Part shown: positions 37,835 through 51,329 of the stretch, in pieces
Layout: every line of letters begins with the position of its first letter
How positions within the stretch are numbered: the stretch's first letter is position 1
Assembly (NCBI RefSeq): GCF_003704095.1
Contig: NW_020846908.1
Span: 248,001 to 312,000, forward strand
Source of the DNA: Pocillopora damicornis
Lineage: Eukaryota
Length of the DNA: 64,000 nucleotides
Direction of reading: 5' to 3'
Notes under the pieces: model-generated
Databases searched by the model: none
What the model saw: the letters and a program-made list of their open reading frames with translations, nothing else
What the model was told of the DNA's origin: nothing
Made by a program: the position numbers and the translations under genes

Positions 37835-40800
37835 ATGGCGTCTGAAGGTGAGTCATTAACGGTGTCTAAAGGGATAAACGGGGGTAACTTGCCTGCTTAC
37901 GACCAAGATGTACCTTAAAGGTGCGCGATGGTTATTTCGCTCCCCGCACTCGTTTCTTATTTACCCATCCTCATCGCGGTGATGTTGTGAAAATTATAAC
38001 AAAGAAGTTATGTTTATTAGAGTTTTAGCAAACAATTAACGTTGAATGTAAAAGTGAACGTTAAGTTATTTTTAAAAGCTTCTGTCTAACTTTGCAAGAT
38101 TGTCAAACGGTAAACATGGGTGCTGTATTTATATCGATAAGTCTTGTCGACGTCATTCGATTTTTCTGGTAACAAATTTTCACTTTACGCGTTTTCAGCT
38201 CTGGTGTCGATTCTTTACCTTTAATCATCGAACACTGATTTAATCAGTTACGTGCTTCTGTAAAGATAGCTTTTTAGGATCAACCGATTCAAACTTCTTA
38301 TCTGACTTACCAAGCGATGGAAGCCGAGAAAAATTCTGGGCTAGGAAGCCATTCACTCTCAAAACAATTCATGTTAACGGAACGTTTAACAGAACGTTTA
38401 ACGGGACGTGAGCCTCGAAAAATATATTTTTTTTTATTGATCCATTACAGTTCAAACGTGTGTATTTTCTAATACACACATTTGTAAAGCTCTCAAGTTT
38501 TGTTTCGACTGCAGAGTCACATTTAGGTATGCTCATCGGAACGGTATAGTGGTTGTTTACGAGCTTGCACAGTGCACCCAGATTTCTTAGTTTTACATTC
38601 ATAAATTCCTTACCAAACCTTATTACATCATTTTCTGTCAGAGAAGGTGTCTCGAAAACAGAAATGGTCTTTCTTTGTTAATTTCAGGGAAGATTCATCT
38701 GAATTCCCTACATTAGTCAGTAACTTCCCTGCTTAATTATTTATGAAGTAAAATCACCTTCAGGATGTTTTTCATGTAAAGAGTTCTTTGGTCAATCAAG
38801 GTTGTTGATCAGTTGTTTCAAACTGTAAATTCGTGGAGAACCTAGGCATTACAAAGGTAGTGACGCCATTAGTGAACAGAAGGTGGCCATCATTCACACC
38901 TCTTGCTGAATTAGTAATTCCAGAAAATATCTTAATGGTTTTTAATGAATATTTAGCTTCAGCCATAGTGCCTGAATGTCTGTAAATCAACATAGCGCCC
39001 TAACCATATTCTGTATTCATTAAATTTTTGATGATAATGGTGTGCTACAGTGAAAAGCTAATGAGAACAGTCATTCATTCTGATAATACAACTTCATCTT
39101 TTTTTCTCTTAGTGGGACGAGACCATTAGTGATTAATCAAATTCTGTGGCTTTGTATTATTGGTTATAGTTTAAATTCTTCTTTGCCGAAATACTTTCCT
39201 CCTAATCAGTCTAGCAATAAAAATTTGAACTGCAAGCTTGGTAGGGGTGTTTAGATATTTCAATGCATTAAATGTGAACAAGCTGTCAAATAACAAAAAA
39301 TTAATATAGGTATTGCTTGCATGTCTTTACTTTTTGACTTGACGTAGCTTAAGTTTCCTGTATGAATCTTTTTTTTCAGAGGATTCAGGTGACCGTGGTT
39401 GCTGTGACTATTTACTCACAGGCTTGTCTATCATCCTGTTTGTGTGTACTTTGCCATTATCTTTATTCTTTTGTTTAAAGGTAAGTTCACTAGAGGTAGT
39501 TTTCTATTGTAAGCCCCTTTTTTAAAGATTTTATTTAGATGACAACTTAGTTACAAGTTTCATGAAATGAAAAAGTTGATTAGATTTTTTTTCTTTTGTG
39601 GACACAAAAACAGATTGTACAAGAATATGAGAGAGCAGTGATCTTCCGCCTTGGTCGTCTGCTGCCTGGAGGAGCCAAAGGACCAGGTAAATAACAATTA
39701 ATGGCTGGAACATAGCTTGGTATACAAAACTACTTGTATATGATCTTAACCTTGTATCAGCAAAGTGATACTTTTTGGAAATGTCTTTTCCTTTATCAGT
39801 GGTCTGATTTAGCTATATTCCAAACATTTGGAACCTTTGTATACTTGATAATTTTTTATTTATAATTTTCAGAGCATTTTATAGTAATTTTTTATGGCAT
39901 TATTTTAGGTCTCTTCTTTATTCTGCCTTGTATTGACTCCTATCAGAAAGTTGACCTAAGGACAGTGTCCTTTGATGTTCCACCACAAGAGGTAACCACA
40001 GTTGTGGTAAAGATAGTAAAAGAATCAAGTGCTTATGCAGTCTTCCTTAATAGTAATTTTCTCTACAATCATGACAAAAAAAGTTTATGTTTATATTTGC
40101 CTGGTGGTTTGGTAAATTCTTGTTTACAGCATTTGCAGGAGAGATGATGATTTTTGGAAATGTTCATTGAAACATTTTTGTAAATTTTAGTAAAATGATT
40201 TAGTTGCTGATAGTGATGTAACCTTTGGCTAACAAACCTGAGTGCTTGAGAGAATTAGTGAGGCACAGCTGAAAAAAATTCAGGCTCAAATGATTTTATT
40301 TTGCTTTTGTTTCATGGACATTGTTAAATTGATGTGAAATAAAATCTAAACTTAAGCCTACAAGATGAAAAATGCTGGGTATAATAAGTAAGTTTTGGAT
40401 GAGGTTGAGCATGATTTCATGAGTTATAGATGCCAAGGTGTGAGTTACCTGCCAAAGCTGAAGGCTGAGGCAGATAACACAGACACAAGGTTTGATAATT
40501 CATAATATCATGCAAAAACAAATTCAATAGTTGTTTTGTTATTGTAATAGATTAGGATCCTTCCAGACCCCTTGCATTCAGAGACTGTAAGCACATGCAG
40601 TTGACTTTAACAAGTAGCGAGCACATGATTGGTGTTGTGAGCTCCAGATATTACAATAGCTGGCAAGGAGGATGGCAAGCAGCGTTGCATGACCAAATTT
40701 TTTGTGGGCTAAGAAATTTGTACCAAATATTATATAAATGTTGTTAAACAGTCTGCTAAAGAAGACACTTCTTTCTGAGTTTGCAAAACTTTGAGAGCAC

Positions 40801-42540
40801 TACACAGACGAGGAGCTTGGAAACTAGGCAAATTTTAAACTCGACATTACAACCCATTATCTGGTGTAGATATTGGGTTATCACATTAACTTCACACTCT
40901 ATTGTAGATTGACTGTTTGCTCTTGACCAATTGGAGTTTCATAGGAAGTCTAATGTATAATGATGTCATTTATAATGTGTTCCCTTTGGTTGGATTTTTT
41001 TCTGTAGGACATATGTGGTACTTAGTGTATTTTTTAGCCACTTCCAATCTGATCAGCTGGTTGTGCCTTTGATTTATTATAGATTTTGACAAAAGACAGT
41101 GTTACTGTTGCTGTTGACGCTGTGGTATATTTTAGAATCCATGATGCAACTATGTCCATCACCAATGTGGAAAATTCCAATCGTTCCACACGTCTGCTAG
41201 CTCAGACCACCCTTAGAAATGTGCTGGGAACCAAGAATCTCAGTGAGATATTGGCTGACAGGGAAGTTATTAGTCATGTCATGCAGGTGATAACAGAATC
41301 TGAGTCTGGATCATTGCTGTATGTTTTAATTAAGAATTTTTAAGCTGTAACAGGTTGAGAAATCAATGGCAAGCAAATTGCTGACTTCATTGGAAGATTC
41401 CAATAATTTTTTTTCTGCCAAACCTAAGTTTGACACAATGGTTATATTAGCCATTCTTGAATGCATTTTAAAGGCAAGAATCACCCTTAACAGTCAAACA
41501 AGTTGAAGCTAATATTTTGATACAGGCTGTGTAATGTGTGGAACTATTTGTCTTGTTTACATAAACAGTGGAAATAAGTCATTTGTGATCTTTCATGAAA
41601 TAATGATCAAACCCTTGATAACTCGAGTAACTTAAATGTTGTGCATGAAGGAAAGTTGTGTGGATCATATCTTGTGTTTTCTTTTCATTAGAGCTCACTT
41701 GATGAAGCAACTGATCCTTGGGGTGTTAAAGTGGAACGTGTGGAAGTGTAAGTTAAAGCTTTATCCAGCTTTTTAAATTGGTTCCTAGTTTTAACTTGAA
41801 GCTGTACATGAAAATGCCCCTCCCCCCCTTAAAAAAAAGAAAATAAATGAATAAAAATGACTGACATAACATGTACCTTACAGGAAGGATGTACGTCTTC
41901 CTCAGCAACTACAGAGAGCCATGGCAGCAGAGGCTGAGGCTTCTCGTGAAGCTCGTGCCAAGGTATGAAATTTTTTCATTAGTAAGAAATCTCAGTTTTG
42001 TGGTAGGTCATCAGTGTTACAGTTTATTAGTTATATGTAAGAGCTGCCTTTTTTAAGTTTACATAGGCTCCCTTTGATTACAAAGGAAGCTGATGTGAAG
42101 TAGTCATTCTAGATTTATAGATATGGTTCTAATTTCAAGCTTTTGTATTATAACTCGTAACTTGGATTATAAAATTGAGTGATCTGTATATTCAGGTTAT
42201 TGGTGTTTAGTTAAGAGGTGATACTGAACTTAAATGACTTTGAATATCAGAAATTAAATAAAATAAAAACAAAGATACTTCAATAGATGAAGCTGTAAAA
42301 TTAGAAAAAATATCATTTGGTGAGGTGTTCTTTTCATTTCAGGTTATTGCTGCTGAGGGTGAACAGAATGCATCTCGTGCACTGAAGGAAGCTGCTGACA
42401 TCATCTCAGAGTCTCCTTCTGCTCTTCAGCTGCGATACCTACAGACATTGACAACAATCTCAGCTGAGAAGAATTCCACAATCCTATTTCCTCTCCCTGT
42501 TGATTTCATGAGCAGATTCTTACCAGACAAGAAAGGTTAA
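37835..42540 (+). CDS. STOM: Stomatin paralogue 2, 268 aa; exons 37835-37847, 39380-39480, 39614-39686, 39909-39991, 41083-41286, 41692-41747, 41884-41962, 42343-42540
   Basis: Same exon sizes (101/73/83/204/56/79/198) and SPFH motifs as paralogue 1; first exon MASE; ends TAA TGA. Confidence 0.93.
40378..40960. repeat. Interspersed repeat insertion in stomatin-2 intron 4
   Basis: This intron is much longer than the homologous introns of the other two paralogues; internal hairpin-like segment gtgagttacctgcc...ggcagataacac. Confidence 0.45.
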
Positions 42541-44865
42541 TGAAATCAAGAGAACAAAGAATGAGAAAAAACTTGCATCATTGCAAGATAGTTGATTATT
42601 CAAAATAGATATCAGTGCTTTTTATCATAAAGGAACATTAAGATTCAGAGCTTGAGATTAACAAGAACAAATCATGTAGTAGTGATAATTTCACATTATA
42701 TGGCAGCCAGATTTTTTTAAATTTCTTCTGTTGTACATATTTGTGAAAGAAACAATTCTTTATCAGTATAACAGAAATGCAAATGGAGCCAAAAAAAAAA
42801 AAAAACATGTTTCCAGTTGATCATGATTGATGCAGTGCCTTTTATGGTAAGCCAGCTACTTCTCTTGTGTACTTGCAAACTGGGCAAAGCCTGTGACAAC
42901 CCCATCATAGGACAGACTGGACTGTGGATTCTTTTACTGATGAAACAGAAATAAAATGATAGATGCTTTCAAAGATATTTCATTTATTTAGTTTATTCCT
43001 TCCACATGATTGCAGTTTTAGTGTCTATGAGCTCTATTCAAATCTAGTTTAGTGGGATGAAAAGTGCAGATCCCCACCAAAAATTAAGTGACCATGATAG
43101 CCATTCTAACTTGTTAATTAGTAGTGCTTGCCAACATCTGAGCAATTTAGGAGTTAGTCTTGAGCTCTGAATGCATATTTCAGTTTATATGAGTAATATT
43201 TCTGCATTAGACATAAGCTTATTTACTCAGGGTTAACAATGTATGTTGAATAAATGTACTTCTCAACTTTTTCTTTAGAAATGTGTAATGGTCAAAAATT
43301 GATTGATGTTGGAACATCTCGATAACAGACATGCTAGAAACAGTCCTATGGCAAGGGTCATGCAATATACAATTATAGCATTTTTATCTAATCAATTCTG
43401 ATGGGCTTACAGTTCCTATTGATTTAGTAAATAGAAAATATTATGAAATGTAATCATTAGGATAATTCTGATCAGAGGACTCTAAGAGTCTGTACTAGTT
43501 TGTTTTCAAGTAGAAAAAAGTTGTGTTACTTTCTTTTTTTAAAGTTAATGTTATGTGGTTATGTTGTTAGCATTGAGAATATGTAACATGTTAAAAGTGG
43601 TGAGCTGTAATTTTTTGGGGGGGCTGGTTCATAGACTGGCCTAAACATCTATTGTAGACATGCTGTGTTGCATAATAGCATAATAAACATATAAAGAATC
43701 ATGCCATGTTATGGTTGTCCCAATTCATTTTCACCAGGAAGTTCAATCTCTTCTCCTTGGTTTAAGTACAATGCTGTTAATTGCTTGTGTTATCCTACAA
43801 TGTGGAGACAATCAATGAAGCCAAGAATTGACTCTTTATTAAAAAAGATATCATTATTTACACTCCAAGTTGCAGCTAGCAGTCTTCAAACAGACAGTGT
43901 GAATACATAGTTTGTTCTTTATTTCTGCCTTGCACAAACCTATTGTGGTCTAGTTTGAGTCTCAAGAAAGAAATCAGTTGACAAATGCCAAAGTCCAATA
44001 GAAATTTGATCCAGGCCTTTGTTCCACACATGTACAACAGAGTCTCATAGCTGTTAATCCTTAATATGATTTACATCATTCCTCTTTCAAGATTCAGATT
44101 AATTTGAGTAAAAGGGAAAATTCCTATTCTGTTTAAATGATATTTTACTTATTCTGTTTAAATTTTTGCCAGACCAAAACATGAATAAGGGAAAAAAACT
44201 TGTGGATCCATTAAAAAGTAGCAAATTTTGAACTGAAAACTGTTTGAAGTATGACAAGATAATAGTATTGATGTAAGGGTTCTGTGTTCAACTCATGATT
44301 TAATGAGGAAATTCTTCTTAATGAATTACAGCCTAAAATTAGGGGGGAAAAATGCAGAGGCACTTGTAAAACTGTACATTACCTATAATTTTGTTTGGGC
44401 AAAAGAACACATTTGGGTTGGTTGTATGATGATAACAAAATAAGAAACCCTACTTTTAATTAAAATGAAATTGATGGATTAATTTTGGCGTGTGGGTATG
44501 TTGAGTTACTGTGTTAAAATTTTAATTTATGTATTTGTGTTTAGGTCGTGCAGTTCGCTTAGTGTCACCTGCGCACGTTTTACTGGGGGTAAAAGTGAAA
44601 GATGTTTTTCAGGATTACCAACTGAGATTTCCTCATCAAAGAAACAAAAATAGCTTTGTAACTTTTGTATTGCCAAAATTATAAATATTTTAGATATATC
44701 CATGACAACTAAAAAATAGAGAAATTGATATTTTGACACCTTTGGATATGATTGGTTGTCCCTCGGGAGGAGTATATATCACGTGATGTAGCTGGGTTGA
44801 AGTCTGAGTTGTTTGCAATCGCAGCTTGCCTTGTATTGCCTTCTACGACTACAAATTCCCTGAAA

Positions 44866-47800
44866 ATGGCCTCGGAAGGTAAGAATTAAAATCCTCTTTA
44901 AGGTTAAAAGAAATGAGAAAATTAAATTTCATGTCAGTGGAATTTCAGCGCCAATTTTTAGACTTCATGGGGGGAAAAAAATGGATTAAGATCGTTAAAG
45001 CGACCCGAAAATTCCGTTTTTAGCTAACTCTGAGGCAAAAGTTAATCGTTTCTTCAACATATACCATTTAAGTTTTTTGTTGCACAAAGTTCTGGGATTA
45101 TCTGCTCGAATCATCATGTCGTTTCAAGAAAATTTGATCAAATCTTACGTTGAAAAACCATCTCACTTCAACATAACAGAACACCAGAAGTGAATGATGC
45201 TGCTGTTACTTGCAAATTAATTAACATTACCCGATCCTAACTCGCTCGATGATTTATGTGCGGTCAAACATGCGTTTCTTGAAATATCACCTCATTTCCT
45301 TCCCTGCGTTTGTGCCGAAAATGGTTAAAAGAGGAACCATCATTACTGTGGGGTCGTTAAGTGCTAAACATGGATCATGTAGGAAATTGCTGCAACAAAT
45401 GAAATCTGCAGAATCGTTTAATTATGGTGCGCATTAAATACGTTGCTTCAACATGAGCATGTTAGGTTTGTATATGACAGTAGTTGTGAAACTGAAGATG
45501 GTGGTGATGATATCAGACGCGGTGCAAATGAAGTTTTCAAATCGCTTGAACTTTTATAATAGTTTGAATAGTTTTCTCTGACCTCATCCATCTAAAGTGG
45601 CTTCAGGTTGCATAATATTTGGGTTCATTCGTTTGTGTACATTGTGTTGTTATGAAAATCAAAGCTACAAGCCATCTTCCACAGATAGTTTGTACTGTTA
45701 TTAGGTAAGAACCTTCCTTGGCAAGATAAAAAATATATTCAGAGTAGCTGTGTACGTGTAGTATATCATTGTATTGTTTAGGATTGATGAATATTTTAAC
45801 AATTTAACAATTGTATCTTTTGCAATTGTAATGGAGTGTTTATTAGTAAAGTCACTTCCATTGTTGACTATGACCTTTCCACTGAGTTGCCTCTATTCCT
45901 ATGCAAGCAATGGTATCTACTGGTCAAGTGTTTCATTATGAAGTCTGTTCTGCTGTGTAGTTGTTTTACAGCCTTGTGTAGGGCATTTTCCTTATATGAT
46001 CTCTTAGTGGTTTGCTGTTGTATTTTGTCTTGAATTTGTCAATTTCAATTTTTTTTAATTCATTTGTTATGTATCCTGGAAAAATTAAAATCAGAGCTGG
46101 TGAACTGGTAAATGTTTTTGTTGATTGTTTTTTTTTTGCTTGGTTTTTTTTATAGATGATGATGTTTCAAGAGGGTTTTGTGACTATGTTCTGACAGTTT
46201 TGTCTTTCCTTATCTTTATTTGTACTCTGCCTTTCTCATTGTGTTTTACTTTGAAGGTAAGCAAATTGGTGAATGTAGATCATGAGTGCTCTGGTATGTG
46301 CCTCTTGAACTTAGCCTTATATGTTTTCATCATACTTGATATAAATGTAATTAAGACAACTTTCAGTGAGAAATATGCATAAACTTATGATAATAAGGGA
46401 TGGTTTTGTATACAGATTGTGCAGGAATATGAGAGAGCAGTTATGTTCCGTCTTGGTCGATTACTTCCTGGAGGAGCTAAAGGGCCAGGTATAATGCAAC
46501 ACTAAAACAAGAATAACTTGAATTAAAAAGCTTTGCCTTAGAGGAATAGGAAGTAAATCTTAGACCATAATATATGTAATAATAGAAAATTGGTATCATA
46601 TCTGATTAGAGTTTTTATAGATCCTTATCTTGTTCTTGATTGATGGTGGAACAATACTGGTACTGAATTAAAATGAATATGAATATGAACATGAAAGCCG
46701 GTAGTGTGGGCTTTATATTCTCTACTACCTAGGAAGTGATCATTACTGTGAAGATTGCTTTCATATTCATTACATAATCAGCAGTTCACATGCATGATTT
46801 TGGTTTATTCACAGTTATTAATATCGGTACAGTTTTAAAGTAATAGGTTGTATATGGAAGCTAACCATAAGAAATGAATAGTGATTGTCACTTGCAACTA
46901 TTCTGATTTGGGTTGGCATGAATGATCAGACCACATCATCAATTCCAGTTTTAAATAAACAATAGACTTTGTTTTGTGTATCATATATTGTTATATCCTC
47001 TGATCATTTCTTACTATTATTTTTGTGCAGGGTTATTCTTTATTCTGCCCTGTATTGACTCTTATCAGAAGGTGGATTTGAGGACAGTGTCATTTGATGT
47101 CCCACCTCAGGAGGTATTGACAGTTCTATCTAGGTTGTATGATTTGTTGTTTGAAGAAAGGGTTTCTAGTGTGAGTGCTGTTAGTTTTGATAATAACCAA
47201 GTATCAACATTGGCTTTCAGATTCTGACCAAAGACAGTGTGACCGTTGCAGTGGATGCAGTTGTTTACTTCCGCATCAGTGACCCAACCATGTCAGTCAC
47301 TAATGTGGAAAAGGCTGATCAGTCAACTCGTCTGCTTGCACAGACAACACTGCGAAATTTCCTTGGCACCAAAAATCTCAGTGAAATTTTGGCAGACCGT
47401 GAAGAGATCAGCCATGCTATGCAGGTACAGACATAATTTTGGAATCATTAATTTATGTCTCTTGGAAATAAGTGGACTGGGATTTATTTGTTTGTTACAC
47501 TTTGTAGACTTCTCTTGATAGTGCCACAGATCCTTGGGGTGTAAAAGTGGAACGTGTTGAAGTGTAAGTACTTTAATTTGTAATTCTTGCACTCTAAAAT
47601 TTCCGAGCATAGAGCTTTGAGTGCGTAGTATAGATTGTTATCTTGAAGAATACTGAATCACCATCCAAGTGGGAAGAAAAAGCGCTACTCTCCATCTGGG
47701 AGCTATGAGAGTCAATTTTGTGTACAGATTTAAAACAGGGGATATACTTCTTATTACATGTGAACTGGTTAGTCTTTCTGAAAGAACTTTCTGTCTGCTA

Positions 47801-48537
47801 TTAGTGATGATGTAATAGAAGATTCGGAAATAAATTATTAATATAAAAAAAAAATATATATATTTTTTTTTTTACATGAAACTATGACTCTTTGAAGCCA
47901 TCTTGATTTCTCTTTGTTCACAGTTTTGATTAAGTGTGGAAAAGTATCAATGCATGTTTTACATGAGTTTGGTGAATTTGACTGAGTGTGAAGTCTGGGT
48001 CTTTGGTTATGCAAATTACCTCCTGTAATTCTTGAGAACAGAAATTATTTTTGCTAGCAACTTTCATCAGAACATCCTTAGTAGCAATATGTACTCATTT
48101 AACCTTGTAGGAAAGATGTGCGTCTTCCTCAACAGCTGCAGAGAGCCATGGCAGCAGAGGCTGAAGCTACTCGTGATGCTCGTGCAAAGGTAGATATCAG
48201 CTAACTTGTCGAGGACGGTGCCAAATTCTGAAAGGCTTGTTTCAGTATGATATGTCAATCAAACAATGAGATTATATTTTAAAAGAAAGAAAAGGCTTTT
48301 ACCAAGGAAATTATATTATTGACCATTGTTTGATTTCAGGTCATTGCTGCTGAAGGTGAACAAAATGCATCTCGTGCACTGAAGGAAGCTGCTGACATCA
48401 TTTCAGAGTCACCCTCTGCTCTTCAGCTGCGATACCTGCAGACATTGACATCCATCTCAGCTGAGAAGAATTCCACTATTATTTTCCCACTCCCCGTTGA
48501 CTTTCTGAGCAGATTTTTGCCAGATGAAAAGAAATGA
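44866..48537 (+). CDS. STOM: Stomatin paralogue 3, 268 aa; exons 44866-44878, 46156-46256, 46416-46488, 47031-47113, 47221-47424, 47508-47563, 48111-48189, 48340-48537
   Basis: Identical exon architecture and SPFH motifs; first exon MASE; stop context TGA CTAG. Confidence 0.93.
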
Positions 48538-48609
48538 CTAGGCAGCCAAAAACAAGAAATTGGAGAACGCTCTTCTGAATCACCATTGACTGAAGTTAGT
48601 GTTCTGTAA
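48538..48609 (+). other. Putative stop-codon readthrough extension of stomatin-3 (LGSQKQEIGERSSESPLTEVSVL*)
   Basis: UGA-CUAG context, 23 open codons, conserved LTEVSVL-TAA terminus. Confidence 0.7.
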
Positions 48610-50247
48610 ACAAAACTTGTTCTGTGAACATTTCGAAAATAGTTTACACAGTGTTGTATATAATCCTGCTTTACCTCAGCAAGCAGTTATTTATAATTTT
48701 GATCAATATATGGGAATCTTAAGATTATTTTAACTCAATATATCAGCCAATATCAATCTTGTCAACTACATTTTCCTTGTTGAAAAATATATTGTAATGA
48801 TGACAAAATTGATTAAAAAAAACTGATTGAAAAGCAATCTGAATTAAAACATATACCCTGCTGTGAGTATAAGATAGTAGAATAAATGGGAAATTCCAAT
48901 AGTGCATGGGGTGTAGTCAATTAGGAATCACAAATTAGAAGTGTTCAGATCTCTTTCCTATTGAGTGCTGTTGAACCAAATTAAAGTTATAGCCTCAGGG
49001 GATCAGAGCAGAGATAACCTTCCCAATGAACCAACGAGGACTCAAAGTCTGTACACTAACAGAAAATACCAAGCAGATACATCAAGAGTGCTCTTGTGTC
49101 AGTCACTTTGCCACATATATTTTAGTTTAGCTCTTGGTTTGTCATTAAGATGGTTACCAATCACAGACTAAACCTACCCGATCCTAGATTACTTTCAACA
49201 CTCAGAAAAAAATTTGTACTGACCCTGTTGGGACTTAAAAAAATTTTTTTAGCATTTTGCACATTACTAATCAGTGGTCTGTTTTTTTTTTTTTTTACCA
49301 ACATTTGTTTTTTATTATGCTAGTTTTGCAATAGAAGCGTTTTTTTTCCTTTCATGTTCATAGTTGTCATGTTACTGTATGATGTGATAGGACTGTTAGA
49401 CAAGTATTATTATATGCAGCTGTCATGAAGACAGTATGGAAAACTGATCATTCTGTCTGAAGTCTGCTCATATGTCTGACAAAACTTAAATGCTGTTTAC
49501 TATTTAAGAACATCAAAATATAACATTCACATAAACCAACCATGTGTAGATTAAAGATAAGATTTATATTCAATTGAGAATCATTGACTGTTTAGCATCA
49601 ATACTTGGAGCATCAGAGCTTTCCTAGGAAAATTTTTTATATAATTTACTTCTTATGAATAGAAGTTGCATGTACTGACAATTCTCAAGGGTGAAAGTAT
49701 AAAGCTGCTTGCTGACATTTTTTTTTTAAAATACTTGCTAATTTGTGCCAATTTTGTATCATTTTGCAAATTGGGATGTCCCTTGTTCTAAACTGTCCAA
49801 ATACAGTAGCGTTAGATATAAAATATTGTTGAACCAGTAATTGATGTTAAATGTCAACAATTGAAGTAAAAATTAAAGCTAACATATGGTTAAATGATGA
49901 GTCTTAAATTTTTTTCGATGTGGCATCAAGACTTTTCTGTATGAGGTATAGCTGATCTGATAAAGTGGACAGAATTCTTTCACTTGAAGTGAGTATGTTT
50001 TGGGGAACAGTGATGGTGCATTGATGACTGTGCTTGCCTTCAAGCCTAGTGGTCTGGGTTCCATTCTTAAACCTAGGTTAACAATGTGCTGAGTATCTTA
50101 AAGATTCTTGTATCTGTAGAAAGGGTTCTCCCTGGATTCCTCACTTTCCTTCAGCCAACAAAATGACTTCATCTCCCAACTTTACCTAATAACAATGGGC
50201 TGGCAGACCGACCTTGTGGACGTCTACTGCTTATTCTGATTTATACA

Positions 50248-50371
50248 TTAATCAAAACTATGACGAAATTCTCGAACGTGGTTGGTTATCACCTGCCCGA
50301 TTTGTTATGGTTATGGGACCATTATAAATCGGATTGGTGATAGCCAATCACGCTCGAGAATTTTGTTATAA
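50248..50371. repeat. Short palindromic MITE-like repeat
   Basis: Inverted arms tatgacgaaattctcgaacgtggttggttatcacc / ggtgatagccaatcacgctcgagaattttgttata. Confidence 0.65.
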
Positions 50372-51329
50372 ATAGAATAAGAGAGACGGTGAGTTTTGAG
50401 CTCAGGGAGAGAAGCTTATCCATTTTATGTCAGTCGTGACTAACGTTATATACCTATGTAGCATGAATTTAGGTTTCATTCGTGTCTTATGACTATCGGG
50501 TTTCGTCGTAAGTGATCAAGAATTGCACTTAGGGTTCCTTTCACCACAATCTGAGATGGGTTAGCAAAACTTGTTTCACTCTTTCAAGACACCACTGAAA
50601 AATGATAAAGCGGAAACTAATATGAGTGGGATTGTAAAAGAAGGATGCGGACGGCGGAAAATAAAAATGAACGAGAGAAAATGATTAAAACATTGAAAAT
50701 GTCATCACTGTTAGTAGAAACGAGGCTATCACTGAAAATAATGACCCGAAAATGTGTTAGCTATTATGTATTTCAGCTGTTATTTTACACAATTCAGAAA
50801 GACGAAAGAGAAAACTGTGGATACTGAATACCTAGCTATCACCAGGACATACTCTAGCTTGAACTAAGGATATCCCCACCACCCACGAGTTTATGATCTC
50901 TTGTGCCACCTTAGAAGCACCACCTAATTTTCACATGCAATTTTAAAACATGCACACCAAGTTAGTTTACTCGTGTATATGCTTGAGAATTAGATAAGAG
51001 ATAAATGGGCGAGTGAACGGTGAATGAAACACTACTTTTCGAACGTTTTGCGACGAGCTTCTAGAAGCGATTATAAGATGTTTCGACTGTTGGTGATGTC
51101 AATTTTTATGCTTTATCTATTAATTTCATACTATTGGGATAAAAAAAGGACAACATAAAACACCTTAGGGAGACATTAGATTCTTCAATGTAGTCGCTGA
51201 ATTATTGAGTGAATGAACTGGCCAAACTAAGTTGTTTGCACCTTCGAAAGTGAGCCCGCGTATCTACCTCCCCAACAGGGGCTATTTTTGTCTTCCATAA
51301 TATGACTCTAGAAGTAACCAAAAAGTATC

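Noticed and set aside
48598-48606. SVL terminus as a hidden peroxisomal PTS1 (as in LDHB and MDH1 readthrough)
   Set aside because: PTS1 normally needs a basic residue at -2 (S-K/R/H-L). SVL fits a class I PDZ ligand better, and stomatin is a membrane protein.
50005-50160. tRNA- or SINE-like segment
   Set aside because: Too degenerate to fold as a tRNA; at most an old SINE fragment.
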